DNA from: Candidatus Micrarchaeia archaeon
GTDB lineage: Archaea > Micrarchaeota > Micrarchaeia > Burarchaeales > Fermentimicrarchaeaceae
NCBI GenBank assembly: GCA_038871515.1
Contig: JAVZHX010000001.1
Location: 256,001-320,000, forward strand
Direction: 5' to 3'
Length of the DNA: 64,000 nucleotides
Made by a program: the position numbers and the translations under genes. Below are positions 7,858 to 17,930 of this stretch, in pieces; position 1 is the stretch's first letter, and every line of letters begins with the position of its first letter. The notes below the pieces were generated by a model. That model was not told the origin of the DNA and did not search any database. It saw only the letters and a list, made by a program, of their open reading frames with translations.

Positions 7858-8418
7858 TTGAGGTTTCCTCCAATAATGAGAAACTTGAAGAGAGGCCCGC
7901 AGGTTGTGCTTCCGAAGGATTTTGGGGTGGTGGTTGCTTTCACAGGAGTTGGAAGGAGAAGTGTTGTTGTTGATGCGGGAGCTGGAAGTGGTTTTCTTGC
8001 AGTTGCGCTTGGAAACGTGGCAAAAAAAGTAATCACTTACGAGAGAAGAAAGGAGTTTGCTGAGCTTGCTGAGAGGAATATAAAGAGAAGTGGTTTGAGG
8101 AATGTGAAGCTGAAGAGGAAGGATGTTTTCAAGGGAATTGATGAAAGGGAAGTTGATTTGGTAACACTTGACTTGGCGGATGCGGAAAAAGCTGTGAAGC
8201 ACGCAAAGAAAGCATTGAGGGAAGGCGGTTATGTAGTTGGTTTTCTGCCAAACATGGAGCAGGTTAAATCATTTGTCAAAGAGTTGGAGAGAAATAATTT
8301 TTCAGAAATTTTTACTTTGGAGTGCATAACAAGGGAAATTCTTGTGAGGGAGCAGGGGATGAGACCGGAGAACACTGGGCTGATGCACACTGTGTATTTA
8401 ACTTTTGGGAGGAAGTAG
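7858..8418 (+). CDS. trmI: tRNA (adenine-N1)-methyltransferase, TrmI family (short N-terminus)
   Basis: RGPQVVLPKD, DAGAGSG, DLVTLD, MRP...HTVYLTF; TTG start after GGTGG. Confidence 0.88.
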   Translation: MRFPPIMRNLKRGPQVVLPKDFGVVVAFTGVGRRSVVVDAGAGSGFLAVALGNVAKKVITYERRKEFAELAERNIKRSGLRNVKLKRKDVFKGIDEREVDLVTLDLADAEKAVKHAKKALREGGYVVGFLPNMEQVKSFVKELERNNFSEIFTLECITREILVREQGMRPENTGLMHTVYLTFGRK

Positions 8419-8952
8419 TTAAGGAAACTTCACCTCATGAACATTCTCATAAATCGGCCCTTCTGGAGTTAAAGTGCTTTTCTTCAATATTATTCTATCA
8501 ACTATGCACTCCCCAAATTCACTTTGGGAGTTTTCTTCCAAAAATTCATTAAGCGCCCCTTTATCTTTCAGAAATTTCACCCTTGCAAGCGTTATGTGAG
8601 GTGAAAACTCCTCCTTCTTAAAACCAAGCTGGGAAAGTTCCTTTCCAAGCTCTGAGTGTATTTTTTTAAGCTCGGGCGCTTCAACACCAACCCAGATAAC
8701 TCTTATGTAGTTTCTGCTTGGAAATGCACCAACTCCCCTGCAACTAACCTCAAACTTGCCGAAGTTCATTTTGTTCATTGCTTGAATAACCCTCTCTTTC
8801 ATTCTCTCATCAATTTCCCCAAGGAAGAAAAGAGTTAGATGTAAATTTTCTTTTTCAACAAGCTTCACCCCTTCAATTGAGAGATTCTTCTGAAGTGTTG
8901 CGATTTTTTCCCTTAACTCATCGCTCACCTCAACTGCAATGAAAGCACGCAT
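8419..8952 (-). CDS. thpR: RNA 2',3'-cyclic phosphodiesterase (2H family)
   Basis: MRAFIA, HLTL and HITL motifs, GPIY. Confidence 0.95.
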   Translation of the reverse strand: MRAFIAVEVSDELREKIATLQKNLSIEGVKLVEKENLHLTLFFLGEIDERMKERVIQAMNKMNFGKFEVSCRGVGAFPSRNYIRVIWVGVEAPELKKIHSELGKELSQLGFKKEEFSPHITLARVKFLKDKGALNEFLEENSQSEFGECIVDRIILKKSTLTPEGPIYENVHEVKFP

Positions 8953-8987
8953 AGTATTTTTAAATGAAGCACAAATATAAGAGGGTT

Positions 8988-9536
8988 ATGATTGTGATTG
9001 GAGTTGCTGGTTTGCGTGCTGCCGGAAAGAGCATAGTGAACGAAGTTGCAAAGGAGTTCGGAGTTAACTCTGTTGAGATGAGAAGCGTTGTTGTTGAGAT
9101 GATGAAGGAGAAGGGAATTGAGATAACGAACAGGAGTTTAAGGGAGTTTGCAGATGAGCTTCGGAGGAAGGAGGGGTATGACGTTGTTGCTAGGAAGATG
9201 ATTGAGAGAATTAGAAAAATGAAAGAAAAAGCAATTGTTGTGAATGGGATAAGGGGGTATGAGGAGGTGAGGAGGTTTAAGGAGGCGTTTGGAGATAATT
9301 TTGTTCTGATTGGAGTTTTTGCTCCTCAAAAGATGAGGTTTGAAAGGGTGATTAAAAGAAATCTGCCAGAGGATCCGAAGAGCTGGGAGGAGTTTGTATG
9401 GGCTGATGAGAAGGAGCTTGGGTGGGGGACGGCAGATTCGTTTGCGTTTTCGGATTACATGGTTGTTAATATAGGGACAAGGGAGGAGATGGGGGAGCAG
9501 GTGAGAGGAATTTTTAAGAGAATTATCAGGGGATAG
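8988..9536 (+). CDS. Archaeal P-loop kinase (UPF0200 / dephospho-CoA kinase-like)
   Basis: VIGVAGLRAAGKS, GIRGYEEV, RFERVIKR. Confidence 0.8.
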   Translation: MIVIGVAGLRAAGKSIVNEVAKEFGVNSVEMRSVVVEMMKEKGIEITNRSLREFADELRRKEGYDVVARKMIERIRKMKEKAIVVNGIRGYEEVRRFKEAFGDNFVLIGVFAPQKMRFERVIKRNLPEDPKSWEEFVWADEKELGWGTADSFAFSDYMVVNIGTREEMGEQVRGIFKRIIRG

Positions 9537-9568
9537 GTTTTTATTGAACTTTTGAGATATGTGGTTAT

Positions 9569-10402
9569 ATGAGAAAAGAATTGTTGGTAATTTTAGTTTT
9601 GATGCTTGCGGTGAATGCAACCTATCTTAATATTAGGGAGCCGGTTATTTCAAGTGGTATGAGCGATGGAAGCAGTTTGTATATAGGAATTGCTGCTCCT
9701 GGCCAGACTGTTTACGTTGTTGCTGAAAGGGCAACGATAGACGCAGCAGGTGAGAGTATAAATTATATGGGGTGGGATAAGCTTGCTGTTGAGGGTTTGC
9801 CTCCTGGTTGGGTTGGTGAGGATAGCCCATGGTATGAAACTCCAATGAAAGCAAAAATAAGGATAGCACCTGATGCAGCAGATGGGAGGTATGTTTTCAA
9901 AATAAAAGCGGTTGATGAAGGAAACTATGATGGGTTAGGTGAGTTAACAATAAATGTTTCTGTTGCTGTGAGCAAGGAAGTTTTCAATATAGATGTTACT
10001 CCTTTAACTGTTGAGACTGGTGTTGGGCAACCCGGTGTTTATTACATAGATATAGAGAATATGGGGGCTGCAAGCGATACGTTCAGAATAAAATCGTCTG
10101 GGGTTCCTGCATGGAGGTTCAGCAAGGATGTGCTTGTTCCGCATGCGGTTGACCCAAGTTTGGCTGCGAAGAAAACTGTTCCGTATGAGGTTGTTTTGAA
10201 TGAGCAGAGCGAGGTGGATGTTCACATAAATGTCACTTCACTCTCAAGCGAGCAGATAAGCAGAGAGATGAGAGTGAGGTTGATTGCAAAGCCGTCTTTA
10301 ATTTCGGATTATAGGGCAACTGGGCATGGTTTGCTGGTTTTCCCGCTTGTGGAAAGCCCAATTTACTCATTAATGGCTTTCTTCTCAAAACTGCTGCTTT
10401 AG
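9569..10402 (+). CDS. Secreted, beta-rich hypothetical protein
   Basis: N-terminal signal peptide and C-terminal hydrophobic tail. Confidence 0.7.
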   Translation: MRKELLVILVLMLAVNATYLNIREPVISSGMSDGSSLYIGIAAPGQTVYVVAERATIDAAGESINYMGWDKLAVEGLPPGWVGEDSPWYETPMKAKIRIAPDAADGRYVFKIKAVDEGNYDGLGELTINVSVAVSKEVFNIDVTPLTVETGVGQPGVYYIDIENMGAASDTFRIKSSGVPAWRFSKDVLVPHAVDPSLAAKKTVPYEVVLNEQSEVDVHINVTSLSSEQISREMRVRLIAKPSLISDYRATGHGLLVFPLVESPIYSLMAFFSKLLL

Positions 10403-10411
10403 GTGGGTTGG

Positions 10412-12001
10412 ATGAGTTTTTATAATGAGGAGGGGAGTGTTGAGAAGGCAGGCAGAGAGGTTGCAGAGCTTTTGCTTGCTGGAAAGATAAAAAATAAAGG
10501 TGAGCTTTGGGAGGCGAAGGTTAAAGCAAGCGAGAAGCATGGTGTTGCTGGCGTGATAAAAAACTCAGAGATAATTAAATGGATACCTGCTGAGAGGAGG
10601 AAGGAGTTTGCTGAGCTGGTTAGAATAAGGGCGGTGAGAACAATCTCTGGGGTGAATGTTATAGCAGTTATGACAAGAGGTGAGTGCCCCGGAAAATGCA
10701 TTTACTGTCCAAGGGGGGAGAATGCACCGAAAAGCTATACGGGGAGGGAGCCTGCTGCAATGAGGGCAATTCAAAACGAATATGACCCGTTCAAGCAGGT
10801 TGTTTCAAGGGTGAAACAGCTTGAGGAGATTGGGCACAGGGTGAGCAAATGCGAGCTGATTATAATGGGTGGAACTTTCAATTCAATGCCGAAGGAGTAT
10901 CAGGAGTGGTTTGTTAAGAGATGTTTTGATGCGATGAATGGGTTTGATTCAGAAAGTTTGGAGGAAGCAAAAGAAAGGAATGAGAACGCTGAGAGGAGGG
11001 TTGTTGGTTTAACAATTGAGACAAGGCCGGATTGGGCAGGCGAGAGAGAGGTTGATGAACTGCTTCGCTACGGCACAACGAGAGTTGAGCTGGGAGTGCA
11101 GACGCTGGATGAGGAGGTTTATAAAAAGGTTAACAGAGGGCATGGTTTAAAGGAGGTTGTTGAGGCAACAAGGGTATGTAAAGACTCGCTTCTGAAAGTT
11201 CTTTACCACATGATGCCTGGCTTGTTTTCTGATAAAGAGAGTGATTTGAGAAATTTCAGAGCTATTTTTGAGGATGAGAGGTTCAAGCCAGATATGCTGA
11301 AAATATATCCTTGTTTGGTGATGGAAGGAACTGAGTTATATGAGATGTGGAGGAGGGGGGAGTTCAAACCATATTCCCTTGAGGAGGCTGCGGATGTGAT
11401 TGCAGAGGTTATGAGAAGCATACCTCGCTACGTAAGGGTGATGAGGGTGCAGAGGGATATTCCTTCTTATTTGATTGCGGATGGAGTGAAAAAAAGCAAT
11501 TTGAGGCAGATTGTTGAGAGGAAGCTTGCTGAGCAAGGGATGCGGTGCAACTGCATAAGGTGCAGGGAGATAGGTTATAAAATTATGAAAGAGGGTATAG
11601 AGCCGGAGTTGGAAAGTGTTAAGTTGAACAGAATTGATTATGATGCTTCTGGAGGTAAGGAGATTTTTCTGAGTTTTGATGAGATGAAGCATGATGCGCT
11701 TGTTGGTTTTTTGAGGTTGAGGATTTTGTCTGAAAAGGCGCATAGAAAGGAGCTGAGGGGAGCTGCGGGAGTGAGGGAGCTTCATGTTTATGGGGAGATG
11801 CTTCCTGTCGGAGAGAAAAGAGTTAGTGAGTTTCAGCACATGGGGTTTGGGGAGAGGTTGCTTGAGGAAGCTGAGAGAGTTGCGAGGGAGGAGTTTGACT
11901 GCAGGAAGCTTGCGGTGATAAGCGGTGTTGGCGCTAGGGAGTATTACTTTAAGTTGGGTTATAAAAGAGATGGGGTGTATGTTTCAAAGGAGCTGGGGTA
12001 A
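10412..12001 (+). CDS. elp3: Elp3 tRNA U34 carboxymethyltransferase (radical SAM + GNAT)
   Basis: CPGKCIYCP, MGGTF, ETRPDW, RELHVYG, QHMGFG, ISGVGAREYY. Confidence 0.97.
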   Translation: MSFYNEEGSVEKAGREVAELLLAGKIKNKGELWEAKVKASEKHGVAGVIKNSEIIKWIPAERRKEFAELVRIRAVRTISGVNVIAVMTRGECPGKCIYCPRGENAPKSYTGREPAAMRAIQNEYDPFKQVVSRVKQLEEIGHRVSKCELIIMGGTFNSMPKEYQEWFVKRCFDAMNGFDSESLEEAKERNENAERRVVGLTIETRPDWAGEREVDELLRYGTTRVELGVQTLDEEVYKKVNRGHGLKEVVEATRVCKDSLLKVLYHMMPGLFSDKESDLRNFRAIFEDERFKPDMLKIYPCLVMEGTELYEMWRRGEFKPYSLEEAADVIAEVMRSIPRYVRVMRVQRDIPSYLIADGVKKSNLRQIVERKLAEQGMRCNCIRCREIGYKIMKEGIEPELESVKLNRIDYDASGGKEIFLSFDEMKHDALVGFLRLRILSEKAHRKELRGAAGVRELHVYGEMLPVGEKRVSEFQHMGFGERLLEEAERVAREEFDCRKLAVISGVGAREYYFKLGYKRDGVYVSKELG

Positions 12002-12046
12002 AAGGACAGTTCTTCAATCTAGAGGATAGAAATGGATATAAACATA

Positions 12047-12078
12047 TGCTAACAAAAATTTGTTAGCAATTGTTAGCA
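12047..12078. repeat. Palindrome TGCTAACAAA-AA-TTTGTTAGCA plus an extra half-site
   Basis: Perfect 10-bp inverted repeat immediately upstream of the ATPase gene. Confidence 0.8.
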
Positions 12079-12087
12079 GGTTTTGAT

Positions 12088-13251
12088 ATGGTAAATCCCT
12101 TTACACCTGGTAACGGTATAGAGCCTCGATACTTGGCTGGCAGAGAGAGGCATATCGGTGAATTCATAAAATCTCTCCAAGCATCTGAAGATGGTTTACC
12201 AAGAAATATGGTTCTCTACGGTTTGCGTGGGACTGGAAAAACAGTGCTTTTAAGGCATTATGGGATAATTGCAGAAACAAAAAACTGGGTTTTTGTGGAT
12301 AGAGAGTTTAATGAAAGATACTGTGACGAAGCAGAGTTTGCCCAGATGTTTGGAAAAGATTTGGTGACATTAGCTTCAGAAGTTTCAATAAAAAAGAGGA
12401 TAACGGAAACTGGGAAAAAGATTCTGGATTTCCTAAAACCAGAGGAGCTGAGTGCTTATGGCATTAGATATAGGCCATATTACGAGGATCGCGAAGGGAT
12501 TCTGGAGGATTATATAAGGGAGATGCTCCAATCGAACTGGTCTATTTTTGAAAAAGCGGACAAGAAAGGCGTGGTGTTTTTTTATGATGAATTCCACTCA
12601 ATAAAAGACAGAAAAGAAGAGAAGCAGTACGTTCTATCCAGCCTTCTAGGTGCGTTATCCAGAGTTCAAAGAGAAGGGTATAGGTATTACCTGTGCCTTT
12701 CTGGTCTCCCAGCTATAAAAACGAATTTAAAAGAGGCCAAAACATATTCGGAGAGAATGTTTATTTTTCAGGATGTGGGAAACCTAAACCGCGAGGAATC
12801 AAGAAAAGCCTTGCTCGAACCGCTTAGTAAAACTCATTATAGTTTTGAGAATGAACTGGTAGATAGAATAATTGATGAAACAAAAGGCTATCCGTACTTT
12901 ATCCAGTTTTATGGCTACTTCCTGGTTGATGCTGTTGGTAGGAAGAGTATAAAACTTGGGGATTTGGAAACAAACAAAAATAAACTACTTGAGATGCTTG
13001 ATAAAAGCTTTTTTGAGGATAGGTTTAACCTGGCTTCAGAAACTGAAAAAAAGGTTCTTGTATCTATGGCAAAATGTGGGGGTGATAAGGTAAGCGCAGC
13101 CCAACTTAAGAAAAAGGTGAGGATGAGCTATAAGTCTCTTCAGCAATACCTGTTTAGATTAATAGATAAGGGTTTAATTTATAGGGCTCAGAGGGGCTTC
13201 TATTCGTTTTCCATACCTTTATTTAGGGATTATCTTCTAAGACAAAGCTAA
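12088..13251 (+). CDS. AAA+ ATPase with C-terminal winged helix
   Basis: NPFTPG..LAGRE, GLRGTGKT, FFYDEFH, TKGYPYFIQ, RLIDKGLIY. Confidence 0.88.
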   Translation: MVNPFTPGNGIEPRYLAGRERHIGEFIKSLQASEDGLPRNMVLYGLRGTGKTVLLRHYGIIAETKNWVFVDREFNERYCDEAEFAQMFGKDLVTLASEVSIKKRITETGKKILDFLKPEELSAYGIRYRPYYEDREGILEDYIREMLQSNWSIFEKADKKGVVFFYDEFHSIKDRKEEKQYVLSSLLGALSRVQREGYRYYLCLSGLPAIKTNLKEAKTYSERMFIFQDVGNLNREESRKALLEPLSKTHYSFENELVDRIIDETKGYPYFIQFYGYFLVDAVGRKSIKLGDLETNKNKLLEMLDKSFFEDRFNLASETEKKVLVSMAKCGGDKVSAAQLKKKVRMSYKSLQQYLFRLIDKGLIYRAQRGFYSFSIPLFRDYLLRQS

Positions 13252-13288
13252 CAAATACTAACATGCTCTTGTTATTCTTTGTTAGCTT
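13245..13288. repeat. Inverted repeat AAGCTAACAAA...TTTGTTAGCTT
   Basis: Same GCTAACAAA core as upstream of the gene; overlaps the stop codon. Confidence 0.75.
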
Positions 13289-13352
13289 CAAGTTTTTTAT
13301 CACCTGAACACGCTGCTCAATACTGGGGTGGTTTATTAAAGGAGAGTGTCAA

Positions 13353-13426
13353 GCTTGTTGGTTTTTTGAGGTTAAGAATTCTTTCTGAAGAGGCGCATAG
13401 GGAGGAGCTGAAGGAAGCTGGGGTAA
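13353..13426 (+). pseudogene. Remnant of an elp3 3' segment
   Basis: Encodes LVGFLRLRILSEEAHREELKEAG, matching elp3 11698-11766, and ends in AGCTGGGGTAA like the elp3 terminus. Confidence 0.8.
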
Positions 13427-13453
13427 TTAATTTATTTAAAGTGTAAAAGAATT

Positions 13454-13942
13454 ATGGAGTACGGAAGTTATAAGCTGCCTTGGAATAAGAGAAAGGTTGT
13501 TGTTCCTTTGCTGTTTACCGCTCTGCTCATTCTCTTTACTCTGGGTGCTCCTAACGAATTGCGAACGAAGGAAGTTGCAGTTCTTGGGTTGCTCTTTCTT
13601 CTACTTCTTGTCTCTCTCTTCTATTGTTCTCAGAGGGTAAAGGATTATGTGTATGAGGAAAGCTATGAGTGGATTAAAAGAAATATAAACTGCCCTGTTT
13701 GTGGAGGGAAGATAACGAGATGTGAGAACGTATGGGGAGGCAGAGGTGGAGATATCTATGAGTTGCAGTGCGGGAATTGTAGGAAGGAGTTTATACTTAC
13801 TCCTAAATTTGGTCGCTCTGGGCTTGTGCTTCAGGATAAAGCACCTGGAGCTTCTGCGAAAGTCTTGACACTGATATTTTTGATATCGATCGTGGTGATT
13901 GCAGTTATTGTTGTTTACTTTTTATTAAAAGGTAAGTGGTGA
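13454..13942 (+). CDS. Membrane protein with zinc ribbon (TM-TM-CxxC..CxxC-TM)
   Basis: CPVC and CGNC between hydrophobic helices. Confidence 0.7.
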   Translation: MEYGSYKLPWNKRKVVVPLLFTALLILFTLGAPNELRTKEVAVLGLLFLLLLVSLFYCSQRVKDYVYEESYEWIKRNINCPVCGGKITRCENVWGGRGGDIYELQCGNCRKEFILTPKFGRSGLVLQDKAPGASAKVLTLIFLISIVVIAVIVVYFLLKGKW

Positions 13943-14120
13943 GCGCTTTATGGTTGGGATGTAACCATGGTTACAAATGAAAGAGAGTTGATGTGGTGAA
14001 TGGTGAATTTTCAATAAAGGCGTTTGCACAGATAAGCGAGGATAAAGTTTCGATAGTTGGGGGGTTCTACGCAAATTTAGATATGGGGTATAATAATAAG
14101 GAAGATGAAAAGGTGATAAT

Positions 14121-15437
14121 ATGTATTCCAAAAAAATTCAGGATAGGTTGAAATCACTTGGTGTTGAAGTTGGAGACACAGTTAAAGTGAAAAGAGGGGA
14201 GGAGGTTTATGAGGGAATATTGATGCCTAAAACCGAGCTTGGCGACCCAAACACAATTGTTATAAAACTCCAAAACGGCTACTCAATAGGTTTAAGCTTT
14301 GAGGGATTGGAAATTGAAAAGCTCGGGGGACATAGGAAAATAGGCTTCAAAAGCAGCGAGGAAAAAATGAAGCATGAGGCTGGAAAGCCAATTCTTTCAA
14401 TAATAAGCACAGGCGGAACAGTTGCCTCTAGAGTTGATTACACAACAGGAGGTGTTTACGCATCTTATACTGCAGCTGATTTGGTTGCAACTGTCCCTGA
14501 GCTGAAGCAGTTCAACATTGACTCAAAGCTGCTTTTTAGCATAATGAGCGAGGATATGACTCCGCAGCACTGGAGAGAGATGGCAAAGGAAGTTTATAAA
14601 CAATTAAAAGGTGAGGCAAGCGGTGTTGTTGTAACACACGGAACAGACACGATGCACTTCTCAACAGCTGCTCTTAGCTTCATGCTGAAAAATTTGAACA
14701 AGCCAGTTGTTTTCACTGGAGCGCAAAGATCAAGCGACAGGGGTTCAAGCGATTCTTTCATGAATCTGCTTTGTGCTGCCCACTTTGCAGCAAGAAGCGA
14801 TGTTGCGGAAGTTTCCCTTGTTATGCACGGCTCCTCCAATGATGACTTCTGCTATGCGCACAGAGGAACAAAGGTGAGAAAGCTGCACACTTCAAAGAGA
14901 GATGCGTTCAAAAGTGTGAATGATGAGCCAATTGCAAAAGTTTTTCCAAACGGAAGAATTGAGGTGATTAACAAAAACTACAGAAGAAGAAGCGACTCAG
15001 AGGTTTCTCTTGATGACAAGCTTGAGGAGAAAGTTGCCTTAATTAAAGTTTACCCTGGAATTAACCCAGAGATATTTGATTTTTATCTTGAAAGAAAGTT
15101 TAAGGGAATTGTGATTGAGGGAACTGGCTTGGGGCATGTGCCAACAACAATTGAAAAGTATTCACTAATACCAAAAATAAAAGAAGCGACAAAAAATGGA
15201 ATTCCTGTCTGCATAACCTCCCAGTGCATATTTGGAAGGGTGCATGAGTTCGTTTACGCAAATCTTAGGAAGGAGTATGAGGCAGGAGCAGTTTTCTGCG
15301 GTGACATGCTTCCAGAGGTTGCATATGTTAAGTTGATGTACGTTTTAGCTCATACAAAGGAATTGGAGGAAGTTAAGAAAATGATGTTAACCAACCTTGC
15401 TGGAGAGCTTAATGAAAAAACTCCGGTGTTTGAGTGA
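14121..15437 (+). CDS. gatD: Glu-tRNA(Gln) amidotransferase subunit D
   Basis: STGGTVASRVDY, THGTDTM, GAQRSSDR. Confidence 0.97.
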   Translation: MYSKKIQDRLKSLGVEVGDTVKVKRGEEVYEGILMPKTELGDPNTIVIKLQNGYSIGLSFEGLEIEKLGGHRKIGFKSSEEKMKHEAGKPILSIISTGGTVASRVDYTTGGVYASYTAADLVATVPELKQFNIDSKLLFSIMSEDMTPQHWREMAKEVYKQLKGEASGVVVTHGTDTMHFSTAALSFMLKNLNKPVVFTGAQRSSDRGSSDSFMNLLCAAHFAARSDVAEVSLVMHGSSNDDFCYAHRGTKVRKLHTSKRDAFKSVNDEPIAKVFPNGRIEVINKNYRRRSDSEVSLDDKLEEKVALIKVYPGINPEIFDFYLERKFKGIVIEGTGLGHVPTTIEKYSLIPKIKEATKNGIPVCITSQCIFGRVHEFVYANLRKEYEAGAVFCGDMLPEVAYVKLMYVLAHTKELEEVKKMMLTNLAGELNEKTPVFE

Positions 15438-17251
15438 AATGCGGGATTGAGATTCACCAGAGGCTTGCAACAGAGAAGAAGCTTTTCTGCAGCTGCTCAG
15501 CTCAGCCAAGCGAGGAGAAGCCGGCTGGGGAGGTTGTGAGAAAACAGATAGCGGTTGCAGGTGAGCTTGGGGAGGTTGACTTGGCTGCTCTGCACGAGTA
15601 CTCCCGTGACAGAACCTACCACTACCAACTATTCCCTGGAGCAACCTGCTTGGTTGAGCTTGATGAGGAGCCGCCTCATGAGATGAATAAGGAGGCTTTG
15701 GAAACCGCAATTGAGGTTTGCCTTCTTCTCAACTCAAAAGTGGTTGATGAAGTGCAGGTGATGAGGAAAACAGTTATAGATGGAAGCAATACCTCTGGCT
15801 TCCAGAGAACTGCGATAATTGGAATTGGTGGTTTTATTGAGACAAGCAAAGGAAAAGTTTGTATACAAACAGTTTGTCTTGAGGAGGAAAGCGCAGGGAT
15901 AGTTGCGGAGAGCAACGGACACATCACTTATAGATTAGACAGGCTGGGTATTCCTCTCATTGAAATTGCAACAGCTGCTGAGATAAAGGATGGGAAGCAC
16001 GCAAGGGAAGTTGCTGAGAGAATAGGGATGCTTCTCAGGATGACAGGCAAGGTGCAGAGGGGAATTGGAACGATAAGGCAGGATATAAACATATCAATAC
16101 CTGATGGAGCAAGGGTTGAGGTGAAGGGAGCGCAGGAGCTTGGGTTGATAGAGAAAATAATTGAGAAGGAAGTTGAGAGGCAGAGGAAACTTTTGGAGAT
16201 AAAGGAGGAGTTGAAAAGAAGGTTTGGAGAGATGAAACTTGAAAAACCTCATTTCATTGATTTGACTGAACTATTCAAAAATACGGACTGCAGGTTCGTA
16301 AGGAAAGCAGTTGATGAAGGAGGGGTTGTGCTTGCGATGAAGCTTGAAAAATTTGGCGGGTTGCTTGGGGAGGAGCTTTATGAGAACAGAAGGTTTGGAA
16401 CAGAATTAAGTGATTACGCTGTTGCAAAAGCAGGAGTTGGTGGGATAATTCACAGCGATGAGAAGCTTGAGAGGTATGGAATACGCGAAGAGGATGAAAA
16501 GAAGTTGAGAGGTAAGTTGAAAGCAGGGAAGGAAGATTCTTTTGTGATTGTTGTTGGGAAAAAGGAAATTTGTGAGAAAGCGCTTGAAGCAGTTTATGAA
16601 AGAGCGCTGAATGCATTTGAGGGACCACAGAAGGAGGTTAGAAAGGTTCTCCCAGATGGAGGGACTGCCTACATGAGGCCAATGCCCGGAAGCGCAAGGT
16701 TATACCCTGAGACAGATGTTCCCCCAATAAAAATAGAAAGGAAGTTAATTGAGAAAATAAAAGGAGAGCTTCCTGAAACTCCTGAGGAAAGAGAAAAGAA
16801 GCTTATGAAAATTCTGAACCCAGAGCTTGCAAGAAAGATAATTGTTTCTGAGAATTATCATTTATTTGAGAAAATTGTGAATGAGCTGAAAGTTGAGCCA
16901 AAGTTGGTTGCAATGACGCTGGAGGAAACAATTGTGAGCTTGAGAAGGGAGGGAGCACCTGTTGAGAATTTGAATGAGAATAAGTTGATGGAGCTGTTCA
17001 TTGAGTATAAATGCGGCAGATTTGTGAAAGCAGCAATACCAGAAATTTTGAGGTATATTTCAAAAAACTCAACTGAAAGTGTTTCATACGCAGTTGGAAA
17101 GTTGAAGCTTGAAAAGATGAGTGAGGAGGAGTTAAAAGGAATTATAGAGAAGAAGAAAAAGGAAGGGAAGAAAGGAAAGGAGTTGGTTGAGGAGATAATG
17201 AGGGAATACAGGTTAAGGGTTGATGCAGGGGAAGTTTCTAGATATATTTAA
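15434..17251 (+). CDS. gatE: Glu-tRNA(Gln) amidotransferase subunit E
   Basis: GIEIHQRL, DGSNTSGFQRT, LDRLGIPLIEI, RLYPETD. Confidence 0.97.
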   Translation: MKCGIEIHQRLATEKKLFCSCSAQPSEEKPAGEVVRKQIAVAGELGEVDLAALHEYSRDRTYHYQLFPGATCLVELDEEPPHEMNKEALETAIEVCLLLNSKVVDEVQVMRKTVIDGSNTSGFQRTAIIGIGGFIETSKGKVCIQTVCLEEESAGIVAESNGHITYRLDRLGIPLIEIATAAEIKDGKHAREVAERIGMLLRMTGKVQRGIGTIRQDINISIPDGARVEVKGAQELGLIEKIIEKEVERQRKLLEIKEELKRRFGEMKLEKPHFIDLTELFKNTDCRFVRKAVDEGGVVLAMKLEKFGGLLGEELYENRRFGTELSDYAVAKAGVGGIIHSDEKLERYGIREEDEKKLRGKLKAGKEDSFVIVVGKKEICEKALEAVYERALNAFEGPQKEVRKVLPDGGTAYMRPMPGSARLYPETDVPPIKIERKLIEKIKGELPETPEEREKKLMKILNPELARKIIVSENYHLFEKIVNELKVEPKLVAMTLEETIVSLRREGAPVENLNENKLMELFIEYKCGRFVKAAIPEILRYISKNSTESVSYAVGKLKLEKMSEEELKGIIEKKKKEGKKGKELVEEIMREYRLRVDAGEVSRYI

Positions 17252-17917
17252 TCACTCCACTGCTTTCAGAAACTCAACTGCTATTTTTCTAACTTCTTCT
17301 GTGCTCTTTATTCCCTTCCACGGGTCATCTGGCTCAACCACATTGACAACAACTATATCCGCCCCATTGAAAACAGCACTCTGAGCTTCTCTTAAATCAA
17401 CTCCCCCAGCCGCAGATATCAAAACATCAAACTTGCTCTTTATCCTCCTTATGTGTCTGTACTGTATCACTTTTCCTCTCACCGTCTCCTCATCCCTCCC
17501 CAGGTGCAGTATAACAACGTCTGGCGGTTGCCTTAGCTGCATAAGCACTTTCAACGGATCAACCACATTCAGCATGTCTATCATTGAGATTAAACCATAC
17601 TGCTTGCACGTTTTTATGAAAAGCTCAATTGTTTCTTTGGAAGCTGCGCCGAGCACTGTTGCTCCCTTTGCCCCTGCGCTCGCAACCTCCTGAACTTCCT
17701 CCAGAGCGCCATCCATTGTCTTTATATCCGCAACCACTATGCCTGGCCACCTGCTCACAATATAATAAATTCCCTCCTGCCCCTCCCTTTTTATGAAAGG
17801 AGTTCCAGCTTCAATTATTATTCTTTCATTAAAAGGAATTTGAGGGAGAATTCTGTTCACATCACGCACATTATCGTTGAACGCTATCTGCAAGTAGCGT
17901 TTCCCTTTTTCAAGCAT
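17252..17917 (-). CDS. 3-hexulose-6-phosphate synthase / OMP decarboxylase-family protein
   Basis: LQIAF, IIEAGTPFIK, ADIKTMDG, AAGGV. Confidence 0.85.
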   Translation of the reverse strand: MLEKGKRYLQIAFNDNVRDVNRILPQIPFNERIIIEAGTPFIKREGQEGIYYIVSRWPGIVVADIKTMDGALEEVQEVASAGAKGATVLGAASKETIELFIKTCKQYGLISMIDMLNVVDPLKVLMQLRQPPDVVILHLGRDEETVRGKVIQYRHIRRIKSKFDVLISAAGGVDLREAQSAVFNGADIVVVNVVEPDDPWKGIKSTEEVRKIAVEFLKAVE

Positions 17918-17930
17918 GCTACCAACTGCG

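Noticed and set aside
8419..8952. ThpR as a dedicated partner of the intron-splicing system
   Set aside because: Widespread housekeeping enzyme; proximity to the rRNA operon is not evidence
13943..14120. Coding-like intergenic stretch before gatD
   Set aside because: Only short interrupted frames with no recognisable homology
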